The notes under the pieces are model-generated. The model worked only from the letters and a program-made list of their open reading frames with translations, had not been told where the DNA came from and ran no database searches. From assembly GCF_009914755.1 (NCBI RefSeq), contig NC_060927.1: a stretch of DNA of 64,000 nucleotides, one strand, 5' to 3'. Origin of the DNA: the human T2T-CHM13v2.0 reference genome, Homo sapiens. Below are positions 44,031 to 60,488 of this stretch, one piece after another (the first letter of the stretch is position 1; each line of letters starts with the position of its first letter). Made by a program: the position numbers and the translations under genes.

Positions 44031-46984
44031 GAGCAATATGTTTTTAGTGGTTCCTATCAATTTGCGTTAAAACCCAAGGGCTTGTCCGGATTGCTTATGC
44101 ACAAATAGACAAAGAGATTTTTGTAGTTTGGGATGCCTAGAGAAAGAGGCTGTTGAACGTCTTTTTCAGGTTACAGAAAACCTGTTCACTTTTGATTTCC
44201 TTAGGAGAGGGTCTCTTACTGAGGACTTAGTCAATTCATAAAACGGTATTTCAATCCTAGAAAAATTTGGCACTCATTGTCTGTAATATCCAGTTAAACT
44301 CCAAAATACTCTTAGTTGTCTTTTGTGAGGGGTCTAGAATATTTTTGGATAGTCTTTAGCGTATCAGTAGAGAATGGTTTATCTTCCTCAGTTAGGTCAT
44401 GCTCTAAATAATAGGCTGCAGTTTGGAAAAAATTGTAAGTTATCTTTTGAAACGTTTATGTTTCTTTTCTGCTAAGGCTAGGGGCAACTAAACGGAATCC
44501 TTTTTATAGACTTCCTTGTTCTCTGAATAAAGTAGGATATCATTTACATTTTATGTCAGAACTGAATCGCAAGGGGAAATTTTAGGTCTTTTAAGTCTTG
44601 ATTGAAGACCTGGGAAAATTGGAGGGGGCTCTAGTGAACTCCTGGGGTATGACTGTCTAAGTACATTATTGTCCGCCTTAGGTGAATGCAAAAAGGTATT
44701 GACTATCCTTATTCAGAAGTACACTGAAAGAGGCAGAGCAAAGATCCGATACTGTGAAGCAAATAACTTCAGGTGGAAATTTATGACAGAATGGTATTTG
44801 GGTCAAGTTCTATCAGGAAATGAAGTATAATGATTTTCTTGATGGCCTTGAGGTCTTGAACAAATTGGGTCAAGTTCTATCAGGAAATGAGGTATAACGA
44901 TTTTGTTGATGGCCTTGAGGTCTTGAACAAATTGGTATCTTTGTCGCTTTGTTTCTTTACTCGGAGGATGGGAGTGTTACAACGGCTAGTGCAGAGTATG
45001 AGAAGACTTTTGTATGTAAGGCCTTTAACCATAGTTTGAGCCCTTCCTTTGGCTTCAAGGGATATTGGAGAAGTTTGAGTAATGGCTTGGTAGGATCTAT
45101 CTGAACTTTTATAGATTCTGCTCTTGTTATTTTTCCTATGCCAGTGAAATTTTTAGCCCATAGAAGGTCATGGAATAGTGTCAAGATCTTTATCTGGGGT
45201 ATGCATCAAATAAAATACAGAATGCAAAGGTATATTCAGAACAAACACAACTTGATTATGAATAGAGGAGTCCTCTGGAAACTTAAGAAATGCTCCCTCT
45301 GGTGTGCATTTATGATTGCAATCTCATGTATAAAGTATATCTCTCCTTATTAAATTTGCAGGTGTATTATCACAGAACAAGAAGGAATATTTCCAGGCAA
45401 AGGCCCAAGGGTTACAGTTAAAGGCTGGAAGACAGGGAAAATTTGTGTTATTTGAAATGCCTGCCACCTGTGCAGTACCATTACTCTGAAGAAGAGAGCA
45501 CAAAGGCACAGTATTTAATGTAGAAATGGTAGCCCTTGCATTAATTTTTATTGGAAGTGTTTTGGGTATGGCTTCTCGGAGACTTCACCTTACTTTTCAG
45601 GGTTTTTCTGAACTGCAGGTTTTTTATGGAAAGAGATATCCTGTAGGTCCTCCGGGTCAGTCCAATCAACTTTTGCCATCTAGGATTTAGCATCTGTGGT
45701 TCTGACCCATATGTGTATGAGTTGATATAAGTCAGGTAATTCTGGGTCAGGTGTACCCAAAAGGATTTTAAACTATTCTATGAATATTTACTAGTCTTGT
45801 CTGCATTTAGGGAAACTTACAGCTCTTAATTCCGCTCAGGTCCAAGCTTTAAATTCGCCAGTTGTCTGAATACCTGGTTCATGGAGGGATGGGTCTTAAG
45901 AGGCAACTGGCATTTTAGGTTTTGGAGAAAGTTGTTGGGAAAAGGTAGGGGGCCTGAACAAGGACAACTGGAGGGAGGAGTTGATGGAGGTATAGAAGGA
46001 GAGAGATTGGGAGGATAAGGGGCAGAGGGAGATCTGGTTATAGAGAGGGAACTGGTGGACGAGGACAGAGGATTTACCAGGGAAATGAATCTAGTTCATT
46101 GTTGTCAAACTGCACATTAGCTTTGGCCAAATAATCTTTTAATGAAGCCATTTTCGATTTAGAGTTTCATTTGGAGACCTCTATATAACTAAAAATGCTG
46201 CTCATTGAACATGAGAAATTTTATTTCCATTTTTTTCTAAGGTGCCTCTCAAGTGAATGATTTCAAGTTAAATGTTCTCCACAGTAGCCATTAAAGGCTC
46301 ACATCACCCTTGGTAAAATTATGCCATTTAGAAAGACAGGGACAAGAATTAGGATTCTAAATGAGAACACATATAAGAAGCAGGCATTTTTTTCTGTAAA
46401 AGGAGAGGATTTAGACTTAGATAACTCCATAAGAGATGGTGATGGTCAGCAAAATGTGGTGCTGGTGCTTCTGTGTCAGAGGCTCCCAAACTGATAGTCA
46501 GTGCCTCTGAATGTGGACTGTGGTAGATGGAAAACCAGAGAGAACACTTTCTGGATCAAAGCCAAGCTCTAAAAACAAAACATAAAAACAGGAAAACCTC
46601 ACCCACTTTTATTGATAATCCACAGAAAAGTTTGTCCAAATGGAAGCTTATCTGGTGAGAACTGCAAACTCACCGACTGTGAGGCCTGCCCAACTCACCG
46701 GACTGTGAGGCTGGCTCAAACAACAGGCGTGTAGAGCCTATGACTGTGTTGTACCCTGCGATTTTCTTTCTTGTGATAAACAACAGTTTTAGATCATACA
46801 ACACAAAATGGAAACACAAAAGCGAGTAAAAGGAGATGAAAAGAAATGGTTTGATTCCATCAAGGCTGCCGAACAAATGGAACTGATAACGAAACGTGGA
46901 TACCAAACTGAGAGTAAATGGACAGGGAACTCAATGCAAAGAAAGAGTTCAGACCTAGTGCTGACTTACCACACTGGGCTGTGT

Positions 46985-47480
46985 GTACCATATCTCACAA
47001 AAAAATGGAAAATAAGCGAAGACCACCTAAATGGGAACAAGCAGAGGCAATTTATTTAGAGCTTTCTATAGCAAGGGAGTTAGCCCCATCACTTGCATTT
47101 GATAGAGACTTATTGGCAGGCAGGTGAGTTGGAAAATTTTATAGTGAAAAAGGGGAAGGCTTCAGATATGTCTGATTGGAAGTTGCTGGCATAGGGAAGC
47201 TGGAGGTGGACTAACTAGAGGTGGGGCATCCTATGTGATTGGTTGGTTTGTGCACCTTGTATCTTAGGCATAGCATATTTGGCTTTTTCTGGTTGGTCCT
47301 GAGTTGGAAGTGAGGGTGAGAATTAGAACACCTGGCAGTTATTGAACAAGTCTGGACCATTTTGGGGCCAGTTACTGCAGAGACTATGGTTTGGCTTCTG
47401 GGATAGTTGCTGCAGAGGTTATGGGTAAGATTTCTACTGTCATGTGTGGTCTGGACATTGTTCATTTGTATTTTCGGTCT
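46985..47480 (-). mobile_element. ERV LTR (subfamily uncertain)
   Basis: tttattt polyA signal and paired gattgg CCAAT boxes in antisense. Confidence 0.55.
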
Positions 47481-47519
47481 CTCAGATCCCATTATCCCCT
47501 TGGCTACCAAGGAGTTCAG

Positions 47520-49100
47520 CTCTCTAATGGCATTTCCTGCCCTTACCTTGGCCTAATGGGTTTCTCAATGACCCCAGTGCCTCTCTAGGGCATTTGTTTG
47601 TTATGCAATGTCCCTTGAGGCCCTCCCACACATCATAGTAGCTGATGTATTTTACAGCCTTAGGTAGTATGTGCACTGTATCATATCCACTTCTCTGGAT
47701 GTTTTGATCCTTTTCTCTGCTGTCTGCCTTGGCAGTTATGGCATTCCTACTTAACGTAGTATGGGACATCTTTTTCTCTAACCCTGCAAGATCCACCCAT
47801 AAGATTGTTAGCACTCTCTTACAGCATCCTTGCTACGGTGTTAAATCATGTATCTTGGGAGAGTGCTTCTAAATTGAGAAACTCTCCCTTCTCTAGGCTA
47901 ACATCCAGCATTCTCACTCTTATACTTGACTCCTGCTGTTATATGTTGGGTGACACCCACAGCAATTCTAGGGCATATAGAGCCCCTTTCCTTAGTTACA
48001 GGCCAGTATTTCCCTGGCTGGGTTATAACATGCTTTAGTTACTGGCCTGTGGCAAAGAGGAGGTGAAGGTAGTTCTCGAGGTGGGTGCATGTTATCTTGC
48101 TAGGCAGAGGCTTCTGCAACATCTTATGCAAGGATGGAGTGCCAACCTTTAATAGAGAGGAGTAGGCCACTTCTACAGGCCAAGAGGATTGAAGGGGGTT
48201 TGGGATTCAAGATATTCAAGTGAATCTACTTGGTTATCTTCATCCAGTGTTTCAGGGCTCAGTCTGGGCTGGGACCTTACCATTACAGACTTTCCTAGTT
48301 TGAGGATTCAGCCTTTATACTGCCACTATCCTTGCAGTAAACTCTGGGCCAGATCCTCAGTTGTGTTTCCCCCCGTTAGCTACAGGAGATGAAAGGCTAT
48401 TTGTATGCTGCCAAGGAATGTGTCTAGATTTCATATTTGGGTTTTATTGGTAATTAATCACCCTCCGACTTTCACTTTCTTTCTCAAATGCATTTATTGT
48501 CCCAGAAACAGCTATTCAATTCCCCATTATTTATAACTATCATGCATATAATTACTCTGTGCCCCCAATTTTTCTAATGCCTGGGATTCTGCCAATGCCA
48601 GTATGTTGCCTTCTTCCACATTCCCAGTTAGTTTGCCATTGATTAAGATCTTATTTGCTTTCCTGTAACATGCCATGGGCTATTCATGCTCCATGATTCA
48701 GCTCTGAAATCCATTTTAGTGGCTACTTCCTATGACAGCCCCTGGCACCAGCTATCTTAAATTGGCTTGGGAAGACTTTGCAATGGAGATTTGCATGCAG
48801 AAATTTTGGGGAACAAAGAAAATGTGACAGGACAGATGGAGGATTGAACTGGGATGCAGCTGCAACAAAGCCTCAGCCAACTCACTGAGAGCCCTAGAAT
48901 TGGGATGATTCTTCAGAGTTGTCTCAACTTAAAGCAAGTGAGCTGGACCTGTATACCCTCTAATTGAACAGTTATTGGCATGAATTACCCACAGAGGCTG
49001 AGGGTAATTCCTGGAGAACAACTGAATTTAGCTGCTAATACTCCCAGCAGTCTTGATGGGATTGGGACTATGGACAGTCCAGCCCAGTGTCACTACTGCA
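47520..49100 (-). mobile_element. LTR33-like ERVL LTR (48752-49100) with adjacent internal remnant
   Basis: ggagatttgcatgcag...gatgcagctgcaaca...cttcagagttgtc; PBS-like TGGTGCCAGGGG at 48739-48750. Confidence 0.65.
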
Positions 49101-49254
49101 TTGAAATTGGAAGTTGGGCCATGTATGATTACTTGAGGATGGGAACTGTGATTTTTGAGTTGCAAATCATATGAGCTCCATAATGTTTGGCTCTGAGTCT
49201 TGACTCCTAGGGAGCAAGAAAGAGGCAAATGTAAAATTCAAATAAGGAGCAGAC

Positions 49255-49525
49255 ATGCCTGTAATCCCACTACTTTGGGAGGCCAAGGTAGGAGGATCGC
49301 TTGAGCCCAGGAGTTTGAGATCAGCCTGGGCAACAGAGAAGATTCTCTCTACAAAAAATAAAAATATAAAACATTAGCCAGGTGTGGTGGCATGTTCCTG
49401 TAGCCCCAGCTACTGGGGAGGCTGAGATGGGAGGATTGCTTGAGCATGAGAGGTCAAGGCTGCAGTGAGCACTGCACTCCAGCCTGAGAGACAGAGTGAG
49501 ACCCTGTCTCTAAAAAACAAAACAA
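49255..49525 (+). mobile_element. AluJ
   Basis: Dimer, 5' truncated. Confidence 0.88.
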
Positions 49526-50649
49526 ATTTGGAACAGAAAATGAATGCACATTCAAAATATGTCCACATACCAAATTTTTGCCCAGGGGAAAATCAGTGTC
49601 ATTAAATGCTATCAAATAATTGGAGATGTTATGCCTGAGGAAATATAATTATTGAGCTAATTAATATAGAATTTAAAATAAGAGTGTTTAATTTCTTCTA
49701 GAGATAAAGGAGGAGATAACATCCGTGAAACTAGAAAAATTTATATGACATTGATCAGAAGTTGTGAAATAAGAGCATATAGATATTAAAAACCCAAGTA
49801 ATCAGAAGTCTTAAAAATGAAAAATGCAGTATTTGAAATAAAGTCTTATAAAGAACAATAAATGAATTCTGAAAACAGACAATGACAGAATCAGTTAATT
49901 GGAAGAGCGAAAGTGTGCTATGATACAGGATATGAAAATATAGATATTAAGAGATCTGGGAGAGGGCATTGATTAAGCAGCACAATTTCTCTATTAGGAG
50001 TTTCAGAGATTGGAGAGAGGTTTAAATGTGCAAGAGATATATATTTTTTGAGATCTTATGGAAGAATTAACTTCCCATCTATAGAAAGCTCACTGAGTTG
50101 CAGCTGGCAAAAGTCTACCAACAAACACATCAGGTTTAATGAAACCATAGGGCATCAAAGTCAAGAAAAATACTAGTGTAAGCAGCCTAATCCTGTTAAA
50201 GGAATGGCAATGCAAATGACAACTTCTCACCTGCAACAATAAATGTCATGTAAAATAATAGAATTATCTTTAAAGTAGTGAGAGAGTATAGGATTTATTT
50301 TAGAATTCCAAACCCAGCTACAATACTACAAGTTTGAAGGTGTAATTTAAATATTTGCAGACATACGAACCCAAGATTTACCACATAAACCACGGCTGAA
50401 AGAATTCTTAAAAAGTATACCATGGAAGGAAGACAAATGAGGCCAGAATAAAGGAGTGGAATGTAGGAATAGAAAGTGAGCAAATTAAATGGTAAAGCAT
50501 GTTGGAAAATCTAAATAATAATTATTGATATTCAACAGAAAAAAAACCTAGCATCTCATTGGCTTTAACTTTATCAGCAATAATTTATTTCATTATAAAA
50601 ATGAGGCGAACCTGGCAAAATAATGACATTTTAAAATTAGTGCTGTATA

Positions 50650-50916
50650 AACTATCACAAGAACAGAAAACCAAACACCGCATGATATCACTCATAAATG
50701 GTAGTTGAACAATGAGAACACATGGACACAGGGAGGGAAACATCACAAACTGGGGCCTGTCGGTGGGTGGGGAGATAGGGGAGGGATAACATTAGGAGAA
50801 ATACCTAGTGTAGATGACGGGTTGATGAGTGCAGGAAACCACCATGGCACATGTATACCTATGTAACAAAACTGCACATTCTGCACATGTACCCCAGAAC
50901 TTAAAGTATAATAAAA
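50650..50916 (+). mobile_element. L1PA 3' end
   Basis: TSD aaaattagtgctgtata at 50633-50649 and 50917-50933. Confidence 0.9.
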
Positions 50917-51759
50917 AAAATTAGTGCTGTATATGGTTATGTAAAACAAACAAACTAAACATTCAAAAAAAGGCAAAAAACAAACCAAGGTGGAGTTAGA
51001 ATCATATAAAATACTGTAGAATAGCAGAAATGCAAAGATACTTAGTAGTTAGAAATTCTATTAGCACAAATCACCATGAGTTGATTAAGAAAGAAATTAC
51101 AAAAAGTCATCTTATGCATACAGAAAAAAAAGTTTCTTTAATTTTTAACATTTAAAACCTTAAATGCACCCTACAGTTACTGCCTTTCTCCTTCCACTTG
51201 TGTCTTCTCAAGTCCTCATAAAGCATCCAATTGTTTTAAATCCCTGAAGCCCAAAGCCTGGTCTCATTAGCGCTCTTGCCAGGTTTCTGTACGTACTCTT
51301 GTGGCCCAAAGGTTCCATCTAGCTATTGTATTGTATTATTGTATACACACAAATAATTAAATGTCAACATTTAAAACAACTTGATAACATCTTTGTAGTA
51401 ACAGGCAAAAACAAAGCAAAAATTCAACAGTTTTTCATGATCTGAAAGACTGAAAATTAACTGCTTCAATAGATTAAGGGTTATCTAACAACCATGTAAA
51501 GATCATACTTTATGGTAAAATTTAGAAGCATTAACACAAGGCATAAAACAGGAATGCCCATATTAACCATACTGTTCAATCTGGACTTGAAGTAATGTCC
51601 AATATAAAAGATTAAAGAAAAATAAGATGTATGAAGCTTGTCAAAAAAGACAATATTCTCATTATTTGGAGATATTGTTTTTATCAATCAATCAATCAAT
51701 CAATTGAGAATCTACACATACACCATTAAAGAAATTCAGTAATTGCATTTGATACATCA

Positions 51760-52112
<353 letters not shown>

Positions 52113-52845
52113 TTAGAATTATAAGCTTTTCCAGGATAAAATAATTATATTAAAAACATAGAAGAAGAAATGAATGGAAAAGAGCTGGCTCTAAGAGTTA
52201 GGGGGGAAATAAAGCCCAATAACATAAACAATTTGCTAAACCAATCATGAAAAAAAGGAGGGTACATGATCATTATTCCCAGTTCGGTCTGTTTTGCAAA
52301 CAACAAACATTTGTCCAGGTACAACTATGTGCAAGATCACCCAAAAGGGCTCAGGCCACCATAGGGAAAAATTCCATGTTGAGAAGGTCGTCATAAACTA
52401 GCCCAGAGACTAGGGCCAAAACCCATTAAACAAAATAAATGTAGTAAATTAACTTGGGAGAAAAGGTGTGCCATGGTAACGTGCTGGGGAAAGGGCGGAT
52501 TTTTAGAGAAATGTGCTGGAACTGAGGTTCAAAGCAAAACCAGGGGGAATGGAGCTGCCTAGGGGTGACTTCCAAACAAAACAGGCCCGAAGCAGCAATC
52601 TCACAGTCTGAAAGTAGACTGTATTTCAACTAGCGTATTTTTATGCTGAGGAGGAGGATCTTTTTTTTCCAGACTTTCTAAGTCAGCCACTGATCCAGAA
52701 TTCTGCAACGCAGCCTGTATCAAAAAAGCATCTATCCGTTATCCACTCTCCGAGATCCTTGTAGGTTGCGCAACATACACACAACGGCTATCAGGAGACG
52801 GTCTCCTGGAGCCCAGCAGGGTGGCAAGGGATTGTGGGAGGCAAC

Positions 52846-54080
<1,235 letters not shown>

Positions 54081-54136
54081 AGCATCTGTGCCGCTCTAGG
54101 GCCTGGCTTCCAGTATCAAGTTCTTGTCCTTTGCGT

Positions 54137-54247
54137 TGACGTCAGACGCGGAGTTGAAGAGCGATTCAGGTTCAAGTAACACTAGTGGAGTGCCAAACCA
54201 GGACACCGAATCCTAAACCCATATTCCCAGGCCCCGTCCCGGAAGTG
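54137..54247. promoter_or_regulatory. Palindromic CRE (TGACGTCA) and ETS site (CCGGAAGTG)
   Basis: TGACGTCA 54137-54144; CCGGAAGTG 54239-54247, both inside the CpG island. Confidence 0.5.
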
Positions 54248-54421
54248 CCCTGCGCGTTACTATTGACGGATAGTGGCGTGCGTTTTTGAGTTCTCCTATC
54301 TTGTACATCGATGTAATATCCTTTTAGGGGTCTTGGAAGGGAGGGTAAAGCTGAGATCCTGCGTGACAATGGCAGGTCCTGCATTATCTGTTTATTACGA
54401 TAGTTGGTACTATAGTAATTA

Positions 54422-55325
<904 letters not shown>

Positions 55326-56919
55326 ATTATGCTACAATCAGCTGAAGTATGGTTAACTTTATCTAATTTGACCTAAACTACAGCTCTGAGGTCTATCTGT
55401 TTTAGCCCAATTTATGGATGATGAAAATGTCATGCAGAAAGGTTAGCCAACTTGCCCAAGAGCCAGTAACTACCAGAGCGGGGTCTGGCTTGTCCAGCTC
55501 CATTTAAGGTGATAGACCTACACAATGTCAGCGTTTTTGACCTGTGTCAGCTGAAAGGCACCTCTACGTCACGTGTCCAGGCGGTAAAAGGGAAGGTGTA
55601 GCTCAACTAGTGTTAATAGGAGAAAATACTCAGCACTGATTTTGGAATAGTAATATTTTCAAGTGCTTACAGGGGACAACAAAGCATTTCCTGACATCTT
55701 TGCTAAGCATGTGATGATCCCACCTTGGCGGGAACCATTATTACATTTTATCATTCCAAAATATTCTTGGGCATTTAAAAGCAAATCTCATACATGTTAT
55801 TTATCTCCCTCCCCTTTCTACAAAATTTATTCTTTTTTAGGGTTGCATAGCATTCCTTTGGATAGTCTTTACATTTAAATCAAGTCTCTCTTGCTGGACA
55901 GTGGTCTGTCATCACTTGGTGGCACTGTCATCCTCTGGTAGGTTCATGGAAAATGCAGATTATTTGCCCCATCCCAGAGCGACTGAATTACAATTCTTGG
56001 AACGTGGGGATTAGGTAATCTATGTGAGCACCTCTAAAAAATTCTATTTTACTCCAAAGTTCAAGATCATTGAACTTGTTTTCATTTCTCAGTTGAGGAG
56101 TTCATGAAGCCCGGTGGCTTATGCTTGTGATCAGGGACCTGCTTGTTGGTGTCAGTGTTATGGAGGGAACTCCAACTTTCTGGCTGTGTTCAATGCTTTT
56201 CTTAGCACAGCTGGCCCGCTTCGGGTGGATTTCCGGTGGCTGTCCAGTGGTTGCGTGGTGGGGAATTCTCCTGGGATCGAGTGGCCTGAGACTGGGCACT
56301 GGCCGGGGTAACCAGGGTCCAGGGCTGTGTTGGATGGTGGCCCTGCTGGGAACCTGTGGTTCCTGCGGACACCTCCCGCCAGGAGAGTGTGGGTGCAGCC
56401 AGAACCCGCCTCCAGCTCCTAGGTGAAAGAAACAGCAGCTCAGCGCAAGCATCCAGGCAGAAGGCGGTGGGGGTGGAGCCTGCAGGAAACTGCCTGCTTT
56501 GGTCCAGTAGAGTTTTGTCTAGACCCTTGAACCTTCTTGCAGAGAACAGTGGGGGCACCATTCAGAAGCAAGGGTGGACGTGTCATGATGTATGGGGTAG
56601 ATGGGCAAGCATAGATTCTGTCAGCATACTGGGAGGGGGTCGGGGCTCGGGGTTCCTGGCTAGGCCTCCAGCTCTGAGCAGGGTGGCGCCTGTGGCTTGA
56701 GTGGTGCCACCTCCTGTCTGCTGCTTTCCTGACCTCAGCGGTCTCACCTGAGAGCTCCTCAGTGTCCTGGGCCTTGTGACTTAACCCAACACTCTGCTTG
56801 CTCTAAATCCTCCCTGTGAGCTCTCTTTCCAAGTGAATGTGGTCCTGCTCCAGGACAGAAGTAGTTAGCGGGGGTCCTGGGGCAGACACATCTGGTTTTC
56901 TCTCCTGGCCGGCCACAGT

Positions 56920-56995
56920 CTGATTGGGTGATCATGGGCAAGTCACTTCACCTCTCCTAAACTTCAGTTTCTTTATATGTAAAATGGGGAGAATG
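56920..56995. mobile_element. MIR core
   Basis: tgggcaagtcacttcacctctc...cagtttc...gtaaaatgggga. Confidence 0.75.
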
Positions 56996-57023
56996 CCATG
57001 TACTGTGACAGATATAGAGATAT

Positions 57024-57026
<3 letters not shown>

Positions 57027-57081
<55 letters not shown>
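57027..57081. repeat. (TA)n microsatellite
   Basis: Directly visible. Confidence 0.95.
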
Positions 57082-57083
<2 letters not shown>

Positions 57084-59164
57084 TATATTCTTTATCCATT
57101 CATCCATTGATAGACATTTAGGTTGATTCCATATCTTTGCTATTGTGAATTGTGCTGTAGTAAACATGTGAGTGCAGGTATCTCTTTGACATATTGATTT
57201 CTTTTCCTTTGGGTAGATACCTAATGGTGGGATTGCTGGATTGAATGGTAATTCTATTTTTAGTATTTTGAGAAATCTCCATACTGTTTTCTATAGTGGC
57301 TATACTAGTTTACGTTCCCACAAACAGTGTACAAGAGTTCTCTTTTCTCTGAATCCTCACCCACATCTGTTATTTTTTGTCTTTTTAATAATAGCCATTC
57401 TGACTGGGGTAAAATGATATCTTATTGTGGTTTTGATTTTCATTTTCTTGGTGATTAATGTTGAGCATTTTTTTCATATACTGGTTGGCTGTATGTCTTC
57501 TTTTGAGAAATGTTTATCCATATCCTTTGCCCACTTTTTAATGGGACAATTTTTTTCTTGTTGAGCTATTTGAGTTCCTTGTATATTTTATCTATTAGTC
57601 CCTTGTAGAATGAATAGCTTGCAAATTTTTTCTCCCATTCAACAGGTTGCCTTTTCATTTTGTTGATTATTTCTTTTGCTGTGCAGGGGCTTTTTCATTT
57701 AATTAAGTCCCATTTGTCTATTTTTTTGTTTTCTATGCTTTTGAGGTTTCAATGATAAATTCTTTGTCTAGACCAATGTCCAGGAAAGTTTTCTCCAGTA
57801 ATTTTGTAGATTTGGGTCTTACAGTTAAGTCTTTAATCCATTTTGAGTTAACTTTTGTATATGGTGAGAGATAGGGGTTTAGCTTTATTGTTCGGAATGT
57901 ACCTATCCTATTTTCCCGGCACCGTTTATTGAGGAAGGTGCCCTTTCCCCATTGTAAGTTCTTGTCAGCTCTGTTGAAGAGCAGTTGGCTGTAAATATGG
58001 TGGCTTTATTTCCAGGTTCTCTATTCTGTTCCATTGGTCTATGTGTCTATTTTATAGCTATACCCTGCTGTTTTGGTTACTATAGCCTTGTAATATATTT
58101 TTAAGTCAGGTAATTTGATTGATGCTTGCAGCTTTTTTCTTTTTGCTGAGGACTTTGGCTATTTGGGCTCATTTTTGTTTCTATAAAAATTTTAGGATTT
58201 TTTTTTCAAATTCTGTGAAGAATGATGGTATTTCAATAGGGATTGCATTCAATCTGTAGATTGCTTTGGGCAATATGGTCATTTTATATTTTATTTAATT
58301 TTATTTAGAGACAGGGTCTTACTGTGTTGCTCAGGCTGGAGTGAAGCGACATGATCACAGCTCATTGCACTCTCAAACTCCTGAGCTCAAGTGATCCTCC
58401 CACCGCAGCTTCCTGATAAGCTAGGACTACCAGTGTGTGCCACCACATCCAGCTAACCTTTAAAATTTTTTGTAGAGATGGAGTCTCACTATGTTTCCCA
58501 AGTTGGTCTCGAACTCCTCATCTCAAGTGATCCTCTTGCCTCAACTTCCCATAGTGCTTGGATTATAGGCATGAGCCACTGTGCCTGGCCAATGTGATTA
58601 TTTAAGGGTACTAGTTCTTCTGATCCATGAGCGTGGCATGTTTTTCCATTTGTATGATCTTCAATTTTTTTCATCAGTGTTTTGTAGTTCACTTTGTAGA
58701 GATCTTTAACCTTCTTGGTTACATTTATTCCTAGGTATCTTATTTTATTTTATTCTTTATTCTTTTCTTTTTTTAAAAAATAGAGATGGGGTCTCACCAT
58801 GTTGCCCTGGCTGGTCCCAAACTCCTGGGCTCAGGTATTCCTCCCACCTTGGCCTCCCAAAGTGCTGGGATTAGAGGCGTGAGCCACTGCGCCTGGCCTA
58901 ATTTTTTTTAGTACCTATTGTAAATGGGATTGCCGTCTTGATTTCTTTCTCGGCTAGATCATTATTGGTGTATAGGAATGCTCCTGATTTTTGTATGTTG
59001 ATTGTGTATCCTGCAACTTTACTAAATTCATTTATCAAATGTAAGGAGTTTTTTTGGTGCAATCTTTAGGTTTTTCTAGATATAAGATCATATTATCAGC
59101 AAAGAGGGACAATTTTACTTTCTCTTTTCCAATTTGGATCATATAGCATTGCTATGATATCCAT

Positions 59165-59577
59165 GATCAATGCCATTTGGCATTGCTATAAAAGACTACC
59201 TGATTCTAGGTAATTTACAATGAAAAGAGGTTTGTTTATATGGCTCATGGTTCTGCAGTAGCATGGCACCAGCATCTGTGTCTGGTGAGGGTTATCAGGG
59301 TGCTTCCACAAATGGTGGAAGATGAAGAGGAGCAGATATCACATGGTGAGACGAAGGAAGAAAGAGAAGGGAGGTGGCAGGCTCTTTTTAACTATCAGAT
59401 TTTGTGGGAACTAATAGAGCAAGAATTCACTGATTACTGCAAGGATGGCACCAAGCCATTCATAAAGGATCTGCTCCTATGACCTGAACACCTCCCACCA
59501 GGCCCTGCCTCCAACAATGGGGATCCAATTTCAACATGCGAATTGGAGGGGACAGATACCCAAAATACAACATCAGA
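59165..59577 (-). mobile_element. MST-type MaLR solo LTR
   Basis: cattgctataaa...ggctcatggttctgcag...caaaatacaacatca. Confidence 0.8.
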
Positions 59578-60488
59578 TAGCTTTTCCTTCTTTCTCTGGC
59601 CTGATTTATCTGGCTGGAACTTCCAGTACTATGTTGAATAGGAGTGGTGAAAATGGGCATCCTTGTCTTGTTCCAGTCCCCGGAGGAAAGGCATTCAATT
59701 TTTCCCCCTTCAGTATAATGTTAGCTGTGGGTGTGTTGCATATGGCGTTTATTATTTTGAGGTATATTCCTCTGTGCCTAGTTTGTTGAGAGTTTTTATC
59801 ATGAAGAGATGTTGAATTTTATCAAATACTTTTTCTGCATCTATTGAGATGATCATATGATTTTTATCCTTCATTCTGTTGACCGGTTTTATCACATTTG
59901 TTGATTTGCATATGTTGAGCCATCCTTGAATCCTTTATATAAATTCCACTTGATCATGGTGTATTTTTTTTTTTTTTTAAATGTGCTATTGGATTTGGTT
60001 GGCTAGTATTTTGTTGAGGATTTTTGCATCTAAGTCCATTAGGGACATGGGCCTGTCATTTTCTTTTTTGTTGTGTCCTTGTCTGATTTTGCTATCAGGG
60101 TGATGCTGCACTTATATAGTGAGTTAGGGAGAATTCCCTCCGCTTCAATTTTTTTGAATAGTTTCAGGAGGATTGGTATTACTTCTTTATATATTTGGTA
60201 GAATTTGGCTGTGAATCCATCAGATCTTGGACTTTTCTTTGTTGTGAGACTTTTTATTACTGATTCAATCTCACTACTCATTATTGGTCTATTCAGGTTT
60301 TCTATTGTTTCCTGATTTAATCTTGGCAGATTGTATGTGTCCAGGAATATGTCCATTTCCTCTAGGTTTTCCAGTTTGTCAGCATGTAGTTGTTTATAAT
60401 AGTTTCTGATGGTCTTTTGTATTTCTGTGGTATCAGTTGTGATGTTTCCTTTTTCATTTCTGATTTTATTTGAGTGTCCTCTCTTTTT

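Noticed and set aside
52765-52774. Perfect palindrome GTTGCGCAAC (C/EBP-like) downstream of PRR23C
   Set aside because: Single short motif, not clearly conserved at the equivalent position in A or B
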